Positions 29,580 to 39,978 of a DNA stretch of 64,000 nt are shown here, piece by piece (the stretch's first letter is position 1; the number at the start of each line of letters is the position of its first letter). The notes under the pieces are model-generated. The model ran no database searches. It saw nothing but the letters and a program-made list of their open reading frames with translations, and was not told the origin of the DNA. A program made the translations under genes and the position numbers. This stretch comes from Planctomycetota bacterium (GTDB lineage Bacteria; Planctomycetota; Brocadiia; JAADGH01), in the NCBI GenBank assembly GCA_040755855.1, contig JBFMAD010000006.1:128001-192000 (forward strand). The letters run 5' to 3'.

Positions 29580-29617
29580 GAGAAAAGTGGATAGAAATTA
29601 GAAAGTTGTTTCTTGCG

Positions 29618-29968
29618 CTACAGCTTGCACCGATCGGGAGATGGGATCAGACAAAGCATTTCAACCGGCTTCTCGCCGGCATTCCGAAACTGATGCAGTT
29701 CTCCAGGCGGCACAAATATGAAGTCGCCGGCCCTAAACGCCTTGTCGCCCTCGATACTCGTCAAGAGCCCTTCGCCGCTGAGGATAAAGACCTCATGTTC
29801 CCAGGCGTGTTCGTGCTGGGGCGTATGCCCGCCGGGTGCAATCTCGAAATGGCGCATAACAAATTTTTGCGCCCCTGATTTTTCCGTGATCAGCCAACGA
29901 ATTTTGACGCCTTGCGCGCCTTCCTCGACCGATTCCGCCTGCACTTCGGTGTAGTGACGAATCTCCAT
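29618..29968 (-). CDS. Cupin-domain protein
   Basis: GHTPQHEHAWEHE, VPPGELHQF; GAGGAGG RBS. Confidence 0.9.
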   Translation of the reverse strand: MEIRHYTEVQAESVEEGAQGVKIRWLITEKSGAQKFVMRHFEIAPGGHTPQHEHAWEHEVFILSGEGLLTSIEGDKAFRAGDFIFVPPGELHQFRNAGEKPVEMLCLIPSPDRCKL

Positions 29969-30101
29969 CGGACGATCCTCCTCACTCTTTACGGCACACC
30001 CCCAAGACACTTGATTTTCTCCTTCAAATGTTATATAGTACATTTGGAGGCAGGTCAAGAGAAACGATTCGTTCTGCCGCCCCGGCAAGAAAACAACACG
30101 G

Positions 30102-30572
30102 ATGCTCCATCCCGCGCGAAGGAAGAAGGAAAAACTCGTATTCCGGCTGACCGAGGAGTCTCGCCCGCGTCTCCCCGATGATCCTTTGCCCGTGAAGGAC
30201 ACGTCTTCCTTTCCGGCGGACGAACTCGAGTTCGAGGTTGCTTTTCTCGAAGGCATCCTCGATGCGGACCCATACCACGAAGATGCCCTGGCCTTTCTCG
30301 GCCATGCTTACACCCGTCTCGGTCGTTACGAGGACGGATTGCGGATGGACGAGCGAATCGTCCGCATGTCCCCCAACAACTCCGCCGCCCTCTATAACCT
30401 GGCGTGCAGCTACTCCTTGCTCCATCGCATTGACGATGCGCTCAATGCCCTTGAGCGCGCAGTGGAGAACGGCTATTCGGACCTGACTCACATGCTCGGC
30501 GATGAGGACCTGGTAAATGTGCGCAACGATCCCCGCTTCGCCAATATCCTTCATCGCATCCAGGTAAAGTAG
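30102..30572 (+). CDS. TPR protein
   Basis: ALAFLGHAYTRLG, ALYNLACSYSL, DEDLVNVRNDPRF. Confidence 0.8.
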   Translation: MLHPARRKKEKLVFRLTEESRPRLPDDPLPVKDTSSFPADELEFEVAFLEGILDADPYHEDALAFLGHAYTRLGRYEDGLRMDERIVRMSPNNSAALYNLACSYSLLHRIDDALNALERAVENGYSDLTHMLGDEDLVNVRNDPRFANILHRIQVK

Positions 30573-31328
30573 TCATCCCTCGCCCTTCCCTTCCTCCCGC
30601 CATGCCGACCATGCGATGTGAATTCCATGCAGGGCAAGATGCGGCATCACCACATGCCCCTTCGGCAGATGAGGAGAGAAAAGGTCGGCGTCGCCGCCGG
30701 TGACCAGGAGTTGCGCCTCCGATCGAAGTCGCTTCCGCATCCGCGCCGCAATTTTCTCAATCGCCCCACATATGCCCCAATATACACCTGACCTTATGGC
30801 CTCCTCTGTTTGTTTTCCTATGACGCGTGAGGACCGCTTCAACCCTACGGCAGGGAGTTTTGCCGTGCGCTCGTGAAGCGCGGCGGTCCATAACCCCGCC
30901 CCGGGAAGAATGGCGCCGCCAAGGAAGTCGCCCCGCGCCGACACGGCGTCAATCGTAATGGCCGTGCCCAAGTCGGCCACGATGACCGGACAACAGACAA
31001 GGCGGCATGCGGCAAGGGCGTTCAGGAGCCGGTCCACCCCCACCCGTTCAGGACGGCGGCATCGGTTGCGAACGGGAACTGCAAGGTCCGAACCGAGTTC
31101 CAGGACATCAAGACCATAGCGTTTCCGGAGGGACTGACTGACATGGAGGGACGCCTTCGGGTTTACCGACCCTATCACAATGGCGCCGGGGGCGGGCCAC
31201 GACGGCGTCAAGCGGCGCGCGTCGGCGCGCCGGCGCACGGCAGCTACAAGCTGCCCGCCGTCAAAAAGGCCGAAGGAGACATTGGTATTGCCGATACTTA
31301 CAGCAAGGAGTCGTTCGCGACTACTCAT
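30573..31328 (-). CDS. coaX: Type III pantothenate kinase
   Basis: IGNTN, GVDR, DLGTAITID, GGAILPG, TGGD. Confidence 0.92.
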   Translation of the reverse strand: MSSRERLLAVSIGNTNVSFGLFDGGQLVAAVRRRADARRLTPSWPAPGAIVIGSVNPKASLHVSQSLRKRYGLDVLELGSDLAVPVRNRCRRPERVGVDRLLNALAACRLVCCPVIVADLGTAITIDAVSARGDFLGGAILPGAGLWTAALHERTAKLPAVGLKRSSRVIGKQTEEAIRSGVYWGICGAIEKIAARMRKRLRSEAQLLVTGGDADLFSPHLPKGHVVMPHLALHGIHIAWSAWREEGKGEG

Positions 31329-32331
31329 GTTCCGCCTCCGAATCCAATCCCCGGAGTTGATGGAGTATGGTGCGCACCAGATCGGGAAGCCCTTGCCCGG
31401 TCACCGCGGAGATTGCGTGCACTTCGGCGCCTACCTGCCGCGTGAACTCATCCAGATTTTCGGCGGCGCCGCTCAGGTCCATCTTATTCGCGACGATCAT
31501 CTGCGGCTTCGCGGCGAGCGCGACGCTGTATTGGCGCAATTCATCCCGGACGGACTGGTAGGCTGCGAAGGAGGTCGGCCCGTGAGTCGGAGCAATATCT
31601 ACCAGGTGGAGCAAGAACCGCGTTCGTTCGATGTGCCGCAGAAACTCGCTCCCCAAACCGGCGCCTTCGTGCGCCCCCTCAATGAGGCCGGGGATATCGG
31701 CCATGACGAAACGCTCGAAATCGCCGGCCTCCACAATCCCCAACTGAGGCTCGAGGGTGGTGAAGGGGTAGCTGGCGATTTTCGGTCTTGCGGAGGAAAG
31801 CCGGGCCAGAAGGGTGGACTTTCCCGCGTTCGGGAGGCCGATGATCCCCACGTCGGCGATGAGTTTAAGGTCGAGTCGGATGCGCCGTTCCTCGCCCTCT
31901 TCGCCGGGTTCGGCGGTTCGGGGGGCGCGGTTGATGGATGTGGCGAATCGAGCGTTGCCCTTTCCCCCTTTCCCGCCCCTTGCGGCGATGATGGATAATC
32001 CCTCCTTGGCGAGGTCCCGAAGCGTCCTGCCGCTGTCAAGGTCCATGACGAGAGTACCGACGGGCACGAGGATAGTCACGTCCTCGCCTGACTTGCCGGT
32101 TCGGGTTTTTCCCGCGCCGGGTCGGCCATCGCCGCCGGCATACTCTCGCCGGGAGGAGAGGTCCATGAGCGTGCCGAGTTGGGGAGTGGCCTTGATGATG
32201 ACGTCGCCGCCGCGCCCCCCGTCGCCGCCGTCCGGCCCGCCGCGTGGTACATACTTTTCTCTTCGGAAGCTGACGCAGCCGTCGCCTCCTTTTCCGCCCC
32301 TGACGATGATCTCGGCGCGATCAACAAACAT
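31321..32331 (-). CDS. obgE: GTPase ObgE
   Basis: MFVDRA, GGPDGGDGG, GLPNAGKS, DIPG, NKMD. Confidence 0.97.
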   Translation of the reverse strand: MFVDRAEIIVRGGKGGDGCVSFRREKYVPRGGPDGGDGGRGGDVIIKATPQLGTLMDLSSRREYAGGDGRPGAGKTRTGKSGEDVTILVPVGTLVMDLDSGRTLRDLAKEGLSIIAARGGKGGKGNARFATSINRAPRTAEPGEEGEERRIRLDLKLIADVGIIGLPNAGKSTLLARLSSARPKIASYPFTTLEPQLGIVEAGDFERFVMADIPGLIEGAHEGAGLGSEFLRHIERTRFLLHLVDIAPTHGPTSFAAYQSVRDELRQYSVALAAKPQMIVANKMDLSGAAENLDEFTRQVGAEVHAISAVTGQGLPDLVRTILHQLRGLDSEAEHE

Positions 32332-32353
32332 GGAACAGCCGTTGCACCATGGC

Positions 32354-32382
32354 AAAGAAAAGGGAGCGGCCGGCCGCTCCCT
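32354..32382 (-). terminator. Intrinsic terminator after rpmA
   Basis: Palindrome AGGGAGCGGCCGGCCGCTCCCT followed by TTTCTTT on the minus strand. Confidence 0.6.
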
Positions 32383-32416
32383 GGGAATTATCCCGTGCTT
32401 GTGCGATGGCGTTTCG

Positions 32417-32659
32417 CTATTCGGGATAGACGCTCAACCGCTTGCCCGACTCGAACTTGACAACGCCGGTGGTGAGGGCAAATAGTGTGTCGTCCCCCCC
32501 CCGCCCGACGTTGACCCCCGGTTTGAAGCGGGTGCCGCGCTGACGGACGAGGATCGAACCAGCTTTTACCCTCTCGCCGCCGAACCTCTTAACGCCGCGA
32601 TATTGCGCGTTACTGTCGCGCCCGTTTTTAACGGATCCTTGTCCTTTTTTATGTGCCAT
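32417..32659 (-). CDS. rpmA: 50S ribosomal protein L27
   Basis: [20 protein letters not shown]. Confidence 0.97.
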   Translation of the reverse strand: MAHKKGQGSVKNGRDSNAQYRGVKRFGGERVKAGSILVRQRGTRFKPGVNVGRGGDDTLFALTTGVVKFESGKRLSVYPE

Positions 32660-32660
32660 C

Positions 32661-33044
32661 TCAGTCTCCTTTCTTCTCGTCCTGTGGCTGCGCACCCGAC
32701 TCCCCGCCGCCGCGCTCGATTCTCTGAACCCATACTTCCACGTAACGCTGGCGATGCCCGACTTTGCGCCGCTCCTTCTTGCGGCGGGCGAATTTATAGA
32801 TCGTGAGTTTCGGGCCAAGGCATTCGCCCTCAAGCCGGGCGATGACCTTTGCGCCGGGAACGTAGGGCTGACCGAACTGGATGTCCTTTCCTTCGCCCAC
32901 GGCGAGCACATTGCTGAAGGTTACATGGCTGCCGGGCTTGCGCTCGCCCCGCTTCGACTCCGGCAGTCCCAAAACGCGCAGCCGGTCGCCTTCGACGACG
33001 CGATGCTGCTGGCCAGCGATCTCGACAATTGCATACATTTCCAT
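32661..33044 (-). CDS. rplU: 50S ribosomal protein L21
   Basis: [18 protein letters not shown]. Confidence 0.93.
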   Translation of the reverse strand: MEMYAIVEIAGQQHRVVEGDRLRVLGLPESKRGERKPGSHVTFSNVLAVGEGKDIQFGQPYVPGAKVIARLEGECLGPKLTIYKFARRKKERRKVGHRQRYVEVWVQRIERGGGESGAQPQDEKKGD

Positions 33045-33050
33045 AGACTC

Positions 33051-34610
33051 CTATTTTCGACTTCCCGCGATTTCGTACGACGGCAGCGAATCCTCTTGAG
33101 CGCTTTCCCTGCCGTTGCCCTTGATCGCCATGACCTCCGCCTGCTCGACGGAGAATCCTTCCCGAGCATTGATAATAATGCGCTTTTCGGACTCCTCTTC
33201 AAGGCGAACGATATCCCGGCGCTTTTCGTTGTGCAGGTAGTGCGCCACTTCAGGGTTTACGGTGGCCTCCACTCCCCGCGAGCTGTTCTCCCCAAGTTTC
33301 AATCGTATCTGTCGCATGACATTCACCGCCATGCTCTCCGGCGTCCTAAGCATGCCCACGCCGTTGCAGAAGGGGCATTTTTCGTAAAGCGACTGCTTCA
33401 CGCTGGGGCGGACGCGCTGGCGTGTCATCTCGATGATGCCGAACTGGGACATCCGCAGCATTTTAGTCCGCGCCCGGTCCTGCTTCAGCAGCGCGCCGAA
33501 TGCCCTTTCGACCTCGCGTCGTCGCCCGACGTCGCGCATGTCTATAAAGTCAATTACGATCACGCCGCCGAGGTCCCGAAGGCGAAGCTGTCGGGCGATT
33601 TCCGGCACGGCAGCCATGTTGGTCTTGAAGGCCGTATCTTCGGCGTCTTTTTCTCCGGTAAACTTGCCGGAGTTGACGTCAATGGCCACAAGCGCCTCCG
33701 TCTGGTCAATTACGATCGAGGCCCCGATATCAAGCGACACCTTGCGGCTATACGTTTTTTCGACTTGCTCCTCGATTTTGTAGCGGTGGAACAGGGGCTC
33801 GCTTCCTTCGTAGAGCTTGACGTTGATTGTGTGTCTTGGCATCGCCCGCCGGAGGAAATCGAGCACTCGGCGGTGCGCCTCGCTCGAGTCAATCAGCATC
33901 GTCTTGACGTCCGCCGGGAGAAGGTCGCGGATTGCGCGAATGACGAGGTCGCTCTCACGGTAGATCACGGCCGGCGTATTGGCCCTTTTCGCCTTTTTCG
34001 AGAGGTCCGACCAAAGCTGTCGGAGGTAATGGAGGTCGCGCTGGAGGTCCTTCTTCGGGCGGTCCGCTCCGGCCGTGCGGACGATGAAGCCCGCATCGGA
34101 GGGCAACCGAAGTTCCCCGAGGGTTTTTTTCAGTCGTTGCCTCTGCTCCTCATCGGTGATCTTGCGCGAGATGCCGTGGTGCTTCCCATCCGGCATCATG
34201 ACCAGATATCGCCCCGGCAGACTGATAAAGGTCGTCAGGGCCGGTCCTTTGGTTCCCACGCCTTCTTTCGTCACCTGCACGATCAGATCTTGCCCCCGTC
34301 GGAGAACGTCCTGTATGGCCGGAAGATCCCTCCCCCCCCTGCGGCCTTTGTCTTCCTTCTTGCCGTTGTCCAAGAATGAGGATGGGGCAACATCTGAAAT
34401 GTGGAGAAACCCATTCCGGGGGGTGCCAAAATCAACAAAGGCGGCCTGGAGGCTCGGCTCCACGTTTGTAATCTTTCCTTTATAGATGTTGCCTACGATC
34501 TGCCCGCGGGAGCTCCGCTCGATGTAGAACTCTTCGAGGACGTCGTTCTCGAGGATCGCGATGCGCGTCTCTTCGAGCTCGACAACATTGACGAGCATGA
34601 TTTTCTTCAT
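33051..34610 (-). CDS. Rne/Rng-family ribonuclease
   Basis: [35 protein letters not shown]. Confidence 0.95.
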   Translation of the reverse strand: MKKIMLVNVVELEETRIAILENDVLEEFYIERSSRGQIVGNIYKGKITNVEPSLQAAFVDFGTPRNGFLHISDVAPSSFLDNGKKEDKGRRGGRDLPAIQDVLRRGQDLIVQVTKEGVGTKGPALTTFISLPGRYLVMMPDGKHHGISRKITDEEQRQRLKKTLGELRLPSDAGFIVRTAGADRPKKDLQRDLHYLRQLWSDLSKKAKRANTPAVIYRESDLVIRAIRDLLPADVKTMLIDSSEAHRRVLDFLRRAMPRHTINVKLYEGSEPLFHRYKIEEQVEKTYSRKVSLDIGASIVIDQTEALVAIDVNSGKFTGEKDAEDTAFKTNMAAVPEIARQLRLRDLGGVIVIDFIDMRDVGRRREVERAFGALLKQDRARTKMLRMSQFGIIEMTRQRVRPSVKQSLYEKCPFCNGVGMLRTPESMAVNVMRQIRLKLGENSSRGVEATVNPEVAHYLHNEKRRDIVRLEEESEKRIIINAREGFSVEQAEVMAIKGNGRESAQEDSLPSYEIAGSRK

Positions 34611-34650
34611 TCTGTATCTCGCCTCGATCGCCGAAGCCGTGCCTGTGGAG

Positions 34651-35325
34651 TCATTGCCCCATTCGCCGTTTTGCAAGTTCGGCATCGTCAATGAGGGTCA
34701 CCTGACTCCGGACAACCCGGCGGTGGATTGCAGATTCGGCTTGGCCCCCAAGCAGGGCATATAGCAATTCATCAACGCGCGCTGTTCCTTCACGCATCAC
34801 TTTCAGTCGAATACTTATTATACCACCTTTGAAGCCGAGATCAAGGAGAAAAGGCCGAAGATCCACAAGGCGCGTCGCGTCTTTCTTCTTGCGTTCCACA
34901 ATGATTTCCGGCTGGGCGAGGATTTTTTCGATACGCTGGTTCCAGAAGGTTTCGCCTTCCGGGGCGTCTATCTCGTAGACTATATCGCTGACCATTGATT
35001 TGGCGCGCGGGGGGATGATCTTTGCCGAGACGATCTCCATCCCCTCCGGCATGCGGGCCGCCAGCCGTTTTCGGACTTCCTCTGCGGAAAGCCACTCGGC
35101 CAGCTCGAGCTCCGCCACCTCGCTTTGTCCCTCGACCCCCAGGCCCAGAGCGAGGGGAAAGGAGATGCGGGGATGCGGGTTGAAGCCGCTCGTCATGCGG
35201 ATGGGGATTTCGGCCATGCGCACCGCTCGCTCAAACAAGCGCATGATGTCGTGGTGCGAAAAGAACCGGGCGGGGCCGGCCTTTCGGAAGCGAAGTCGAA
35301 TTCTTTGGGTGAGCGGCGTTACCAT
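34651..35325 (-). CDS. Radical SAM-linked protein (TIGR03936/DUF2344-like)
   Basis: RFFSHHDIMRLFERAVR, SGFNPHPRISF, VDLRP. Confidence 0.85.
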   Translation of the reverse strand: MVTPLTQRIRLRFRKAGPARFFSHHDIMRLFERAVRMAEIPIRMTSGFNPHPRISFPLALGLGVEGQSEVAELELAEWLSAEEVRKRLAARMPEGMEIVSAKIIPPRAKSMVSDIVYEIDAPEGETFWNQRIEKILAQPEIIVERKKKDATRLVDLRPFLLDLGFKGGIISIRLKVMREGTARVDELLYALLGGQAESAIHRRVVRSQVTLIDDAELAKRRMGQ

Positions 35326-35416
35326 AGCAACGACAAGGATACTCCGAGTCCGCACGGCGAAGGTCACGAGGGCGCTCCCCCCATAGCTGCGCCGGAAGAG
35401 GGCGAGCAACCTGCGG

Positions 35417-37393
35417 CTACTTCTGATATACGCGGTACTCGGAGGCCCGGAATTGTTTTTCGTATGCCCGGCGGCTCTCAACTTCCTTGTCGAGTTCCTC
35501 CTCCATGTCACGCCGGATACGGTCCTTCAGGAAGAGAGGCTTGCCCACGCGGTTTTCGTTTGCCGAGGTGATTTGCTCGGCCACGACCCCCCGAGTTTCC
35601 TGGCCGCGATCCACAATGGTGCAGGTGATAAAGATCAGGAGGTTTTCTTTCCGCTTCTGCGTCTGTTTGTTTTTGAACAGCCAACCGACAATTGGAAGGT
35701 CCCCCAAGATGGGCAGTTTGGAGGTAAATTCGACGTCGCGTTCCTGGATCATGCCGCCCATGACGGCGGTCTGGCCGCTGTCCATCTTTATCCGGGTGAT
35801 GACGGTGTTGCTCGTGACCTGGGGAAGGCGGATGGTGTGAACGCCGTCGTTGAATGTCTGGAAGCCGTCCGCATCGGGACCGCTGAGGAATTCCCATTCG
35901 GGAATAATCGTAATGATAATCTGATTGGCTTCACGAATGACGTGAGGTTTGAGGAGCAATTGGAAGCCGGTCTCCACGGGGGAGTTATCCGCCTCGCGAA
36001 TGCCGGAGGTGCCGGCGGTGCCCTGGACGGTGGTGGTGAATGTTTCGGCGAACCGAATGGTCTGGCCGACGAAGATGGTGGCCTCCTGGTTGTCGAGGAC
36101 GAAGAGTTTGGGGGCCTGGATAATGTTGCTCTTGTCGTCGTTCTTGACGAAGTTCATGGCGAACCGCATTCGATTGAAGTCGAGTATCCCGATGTTTCCG
36201 CTCACAAAGCTGCCGGTCAAGGGGTTGGTGACGGCCAGGGGGAAGTGCTCGGTCGGCAGGATGCCGACGTCGAAGGTGTCGGCCTTGCCGAACCTGTAGG
36301 TGTTGCCGGAGGAATCGGCGCCTCGGCCTGAGCCGAAGAAGAAGGCAAAGTCGCCGAGGCCGGTCAGGGAGATGCCGGGCGTGTTCACCCCGCCCAGCGT
36401 CCAGTCTGCGCCGAAGTCCAGCAAATCTGTATTGGTGGTGGTGACGAATTTGATGTCGCAGAAAACCTGGAGGGGCTCGATGTCCAGCTGTTTGATAATA
36501 GCCTCGATTTCAGCAAGCTTCGGGGGGATATCACTTACGATAACAGCGTTGGTGTCGGCGTCGAACTCGACCTTTCCAAAGTCGGAGATGACGCTTTGCA
36601 AGGCCTTGAAGAGGGTGAAGTCCCGGTCATATTCCCCGGTCTTCTGCTTGGGCTTTCCGACGGCGAACTCCGTGTCAATCTGGGCGGTATAGATGCTGGG
36701 CGGCTGGATGTAGCGGAGGTGGAAGGCCTTTGTTTCGAGCTGCTCCACGAGCGAGGCGCGCGTCACGACACGCATGATGCCCATTTCGTCCACGACGGTG
36801 ACGAATCCGGCGGTCTTGACGACGGTTTGAAGGGCTTCACGCCAGGGGATATTTTTCAGCCGCATGTTCACCTTGCCCTCCACCTCGGCGGCGACAACGA
36901 TATTGACGTCGGCCTGGCGGGCGAGCATGTCAATGGCTGTTTTGATGTCGGCCTCTTGGAAGGTTATCGTCACGCGCGGGGGATTGGCGAGGCGGATGAG
37001 ATTTTCGGCCTCCTTTTGGACGATGAGATTGCACCGGCCTGCAATCTCGTTGAGGACCTGATCGTAGTGCACATTTACCAGTCGAAGGGTGAGTCGTTCC
37101 TCGACTCCGGGGGCGAGAACGACGTTGACGCCGACCATGCGGGAGATGGTGTCCACCACGTTTTCGAGGGGCTCGTCCTTGAAGTCAATGGAGATGCGGC
37201 CTGTGACCTTCATGTCCTCATCCCCCTCGAAGCCAGCGAATCCCTGGGCCGTCGCAGGGCGAGCGGAAAGCAGGGCGCTCCCAACGGCAATCACTCCGAT
37301 CACATGGACCCACCAGGGCCTTTGACGGCAAAGGATGTTCATGAAACCAATCCTCCCTATGCAACGGCTTTTTATGTTAAGCCAGGATAGCAT
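35417..37393 (-). CDS. pilQ: Type IV pilus secretin (start uncertain)
   Basis: N domains, APKLFVLDNQEATI, GQTAVMGGMI, LPILGDLPIVGWLF. Confidence 0.85.
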   Translation of the reverse strand: MLSWLNIKSRCIGRIGFMNILCRQRPWWVHVIGVIAVGSALLSARPATAQGFAGFEGDEDMKVTGRISIDFKDEPLENVVDTISRMVGVNVVLAPGVEERLTLRLVNVHYDQVLNEIAGRCNLIVQKEAENLIRLANPPRVTITFQEADIKTAIDMLARQADVNIVVAAEVEGKVNMRLKNIPWREALQTVVKTAGFVTVVDEMGIMRVVTRASLVEQLETKAFHLRYIQPPSIYTAQIDTEFAVGKPKQKTGEYDRDFTLFKALQSVISDFGKVEFDADTNAVIVSDIPPKLAEIEAIIKQLDIEPLQVFCDIKFVTTTNTDLLDFGADWTLGGVNTPGISLTGLGDFAFFFGSGRGADSSGNTYRFGKADTFDVGILPTEHFPLAVTNPLTGSFVSGNIGILDFNRMRFAMNFVKNDDKSNIIQAPKLFVLDNQEATIFVGQTIRFAETFTTTVQGTAGTSGIREADNSPVETGFQLLLKPHVIREANQIIITIIPEWEFLSGPDADGFQTFNDGVHTIRLPQVTSNTVITRIKMDSGQTAVMGGMIQERDVEFTSKLPILGDLPIVGWLFKNKQTQKRKENLLIFITCTIVDRGQETRGVVAEQITSANENRVGKPLFLKDRIRRDMEEELDKEVESRRAYEKQFRASEYRVYQK

Positions 37394-37428
37394 ACTTGAA
37401 TCCGCCTAACCATGGCGGATCGAGTCAA

Positions 37429-38730
37429 TTATCCCCCCACCATCGGCTGCTCGATGTTTTCTCCCTTGTAGTTGAATACAACCGTTTCGGGTGTAATGCT
37501 CTTGATGCGGGTTTTTTCATCCACGTAGTCCCCCAGCCCGACCGTCTTTTCGTTGACGATGGCCACAGGGTTCTGCGGATGCCACCCGATACCCGATATT
37601 TTCGGCGGCGACTCAAGGAACTCGAGGCATATCTTGGCCCGGCGTTCAAAGTCCATTCCGTTTCGCCGGTAGGTGGCGCGCTCTGCGTCCAGTTCCGGCG
37701 CGACCGACTTGATGCTCGTCAGGCTATCCTGAAGCTTGGCGTTCATCTCCGCAATGGCGTTGTAGTCGTTGGCGTTAAAGGTGGCTTCGATCTGGGCAAG
37801 ATACTCCTTGGCATTGGCGAGGCTGAGCTTGACCTCGCCGATCTCCGCCTGGCGATTCATGTCGGCGGCGGTTCGGAGGATCTTCTGCTGGCGGCTGCGC
37901 AGCGACTCGTCCTCGAATTTCTTGTCGGCCAGGAGGGCCACCAGCTCGTCATGCTCGGTGTGGACGCTGCTGTAGTTGCGGATGCGGATCAGTTCGCGCA
38001 TTTTTGCTATCCGCTTCTCGGCGGATTCCAGTTCTTCTATATGAATCTCCTGGATGTGCACGGCCAAGACTTGGGTGCATTTCTTGATGATCTCGCGCAT
38101 CCGGTCCTTGTATCGTTCGTCGTCCACCTCGCGGAGCATGGCCTGGATTCGGCTCTTGACCTCCTGATGGGTGCGGCGGAGGCCATCCAGGTCCTTAGTG
38201 CCCGCCTGTCCGCGCATCTCTTGCAGTTTTCCTTCGGCCCACTGCAATTCACGCTCCCACGTGATGCTTTTTGCATAGTCCTTCATGGCGCGCTTCAGGT
38301 TTCCAGCCCGTCGTTTCAGCTCGATGGCATGGACGCGGAGTTCGTCGTTCTCGCACGGACGGTTCAGTCTCTTGAGGAGCGCCTCGAAGATGGTATTGAA
38401 CTCTCCGCCCCGCCTGCTGCGGCAGGCCATGGTCAGATGCTCCAGATCGCGCTGTCCCTCGTCAATATCCTGAGCGGTGCAAATCTGCTGGGCTTCCGTC
38501 CCTTCCTCGGGCGTTTTTTCCGGGCCGAACAGACTGCTGAAGGGGTCACGCCGAGCGCGTCGCGCGAAGATAAAGAGCGGTTCTTCGAGGATCTCCTTTG
38601 CCGCAGCGGCTTCGTCGGCCTTGGCTTTGGCCGCCGCCTTGGCAGGCGGCGTAGCGGCCTGGCCCTCTTGGAGCAGGATACCTATCCAGAGCATCAGCAA
38701 CAGTGGAAGCACAATTGCCGCTCTGCTCAT
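37429..38730 (-). CDS. PilP-position protein with long helical insert
   Basis: Lies between pilO and pilQ; RRDPF motif; C-terminal ISGIGW...AIVNEK...IKSITPETV. Confidence 0.55.
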   Translation of the reverse strand: MSRAAIVLPLLLMLWIGILLQEGQAATPPAKAAAKAKADEAAAAKEILEEPLFIFARRARRDPFSSLFGPEKTPEEGTEAQQICTAQDIDEGQRDLEHLTMACRSRRGGEFNTIFEALLKRLNRPCENDELRVHAIELKRRAGNLKRAMKDYAKSITWERELQWAEGKLQEMRGQAGTKDLDGLRRTHQEVKSRIQAMLREVDDERYKDRMREIIKKCTQVLAVHIQEIHIEELESAEKRIAKMRELIRIRNYSSVHTEHDELVALLADKKFEDESLRSRQQKILRTAADMNRQAEIGEVKLSLANAKEYLAQIEATFNANDYNAIAEMNAKLQDSLTSIKSVAPELDAERATYRRNGMDFERRAKICLEFLESPPKISGIGWHPQNPVAIVNEKTVGLGDYVDEKTRIKSITPETVVFNYKGENIEQPMVGG

Positions 38731-39290
38731 GGCTTCCCTTTCCCGCGTTCGTAGGTGTACGTGCTAAAGCGCAGTTCCACGTTGAGCATCGTACCTTCTT
38801 TTGGTTTCATGGTGAAACTCTCGACGCTCATGAATCGTTTGTAGCGTTCGAGAAGATTGATGAACTTGGCGATGTTGAAGAACGGGCCTATGAGTTTCGC
38901 TTGCCGCGTGTGTTTCTCGAAGTTCTGGCTCCCGCCTCTTCCTCGCCGCGCCTCCTGCATGATGCGGAAGCTGGTCAGTTCGATCTCGGCTTCTTTCTTG
39001 AGGTCGCTCAGCGTGTCCAGGAGAGTTTCCACTTCCCGCCCGTCGGGCAGAATCCTGACGTATTCTTCGACGGCGTTGGTCAGCGCATAGCGCTTCTCGC
39101 GGAGGGCCGGGATTTCCTTGATTCGCTCCTGGGCCTTTACGATCTTCTGCCGGTAGTTGGTGATCTCGGTCCGCGCCGCCTGGATTTGCGACTGGGCGCT
39201 GTAAATCATGTAGAGCAGGACAGCCACTACCAGTATGCCAATGGCGGCGGCCACCATAAGTTTTTGCTGTTCTGTCAGTTCGCGTGCCAT
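38727..39290 (-). CDS. pilO: Type IV pilus protein PilO
   Basis: TM, coiled coil, LPDGREV, FINLLE; operon position. Confidence 0.85.
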   Translation of the reverse strand: MARELTEQQKLMVAAAIGILVVAVLLYMIYSAQSQIQAARTEITNYRQKIVKAQERIKEIPALREKRYALTNAVEEYVRILPDGREVETLLDTLSDLKKEAEIELTSFRIMQEARRGRGGSQNFEKHTRQAKLIGPFFNIAKFINLLERYKRFMSVESFTMKPKEGTMLNVELRFSTYTYERGKGKP

Positions 39291-39294
39291 TATG

Positions 39295-39975
39295 TTATTC
39301 TCCGGCCGGGGCTTCTCGCGGCGGCTTCGGCTTGGCTGCTGCGCTGGCTGCGCCGGGGGCGCCGGCTGCGCCCTCTTTTTTCGCCCCTTTGGCCCACAAG
39401 ACCAGCACGGCCTTGAATTTCAGCACAGGCTGGTCATCCACGTACTCCAACGAGAAGGGCCACTCCGGCATCTCATTGATGTCTTCCCACAGCGGGCTGC
39501 TGATGATTTTTCGGCGGAACTTTGCGATGTTGCGTTCATCCGTGCCGCCCGACAGACAATCCATCTCGAGGGTCGGTCCCAACTCCTGTGTCTTGCGCCG
39601 CGACTGCGTCTCGCGTATGCCGAGAGACTCCACCTGAATATACGGTGGGATCAGGTCAACAAGTTGGTCCAGTTTCTTGGCCCATAGCCAACGGGCTTTG
39701 CGGATCTCCAGGATTGTCTTCTCGCGCACCTCAAAGTCCTTGATTTCTTTCTCCAGATCGTCAGCCTCCTTTGCGCGCGCCATGAGGCCCTGCATCTCCT
39801 CTTTTGCGCGGTCCCTTTCCAGGAGGACCATGGGGAGCACGTTGAAGCGATAGTAGATCATAATCAACCCGACCGACAGGATAACCACGAGAGAGGCCAG
39901 AAGCGCCAATAGCTTGGGCCAGGGGGTCGGCTCGCTCCGCCGGAGTTCCTTCGGCAATAGGTTGATCTGGATCAT
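39295..39975 (-). CDS. pilN: Type IV pilus protein PilN
   Basis: MIQINLLP signature, TM, coiled coil. Confidence 0.88.
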   Translation of the reverse strand: MIQINLLPKELRRSEPTPWPKLLALLASLVVILSVGLIMIYYRFNVLPMVLLERDRAKEEMQGLMARAKEADDLEKEIKDFEVREKTILEIRKARWLWAKKLDQLVDLIPPYIQVESLGIRETQSRRKTQELGPTLEMDCLSGGTDERNIAKFRRKIISSPLWEDINEMPEWPFSLEYVDDQPVLKFKAVLVLWAKGAKKEGAAGAPGAASAAAKPKPPREAPAGE

Positions 39976-39978
39976 GGC

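Noticed and set aside
32660..32911. N-terminal extension of L27
   Set aside because: Overlaps rplU in another frame; the canonical MAHKK start is at 32659
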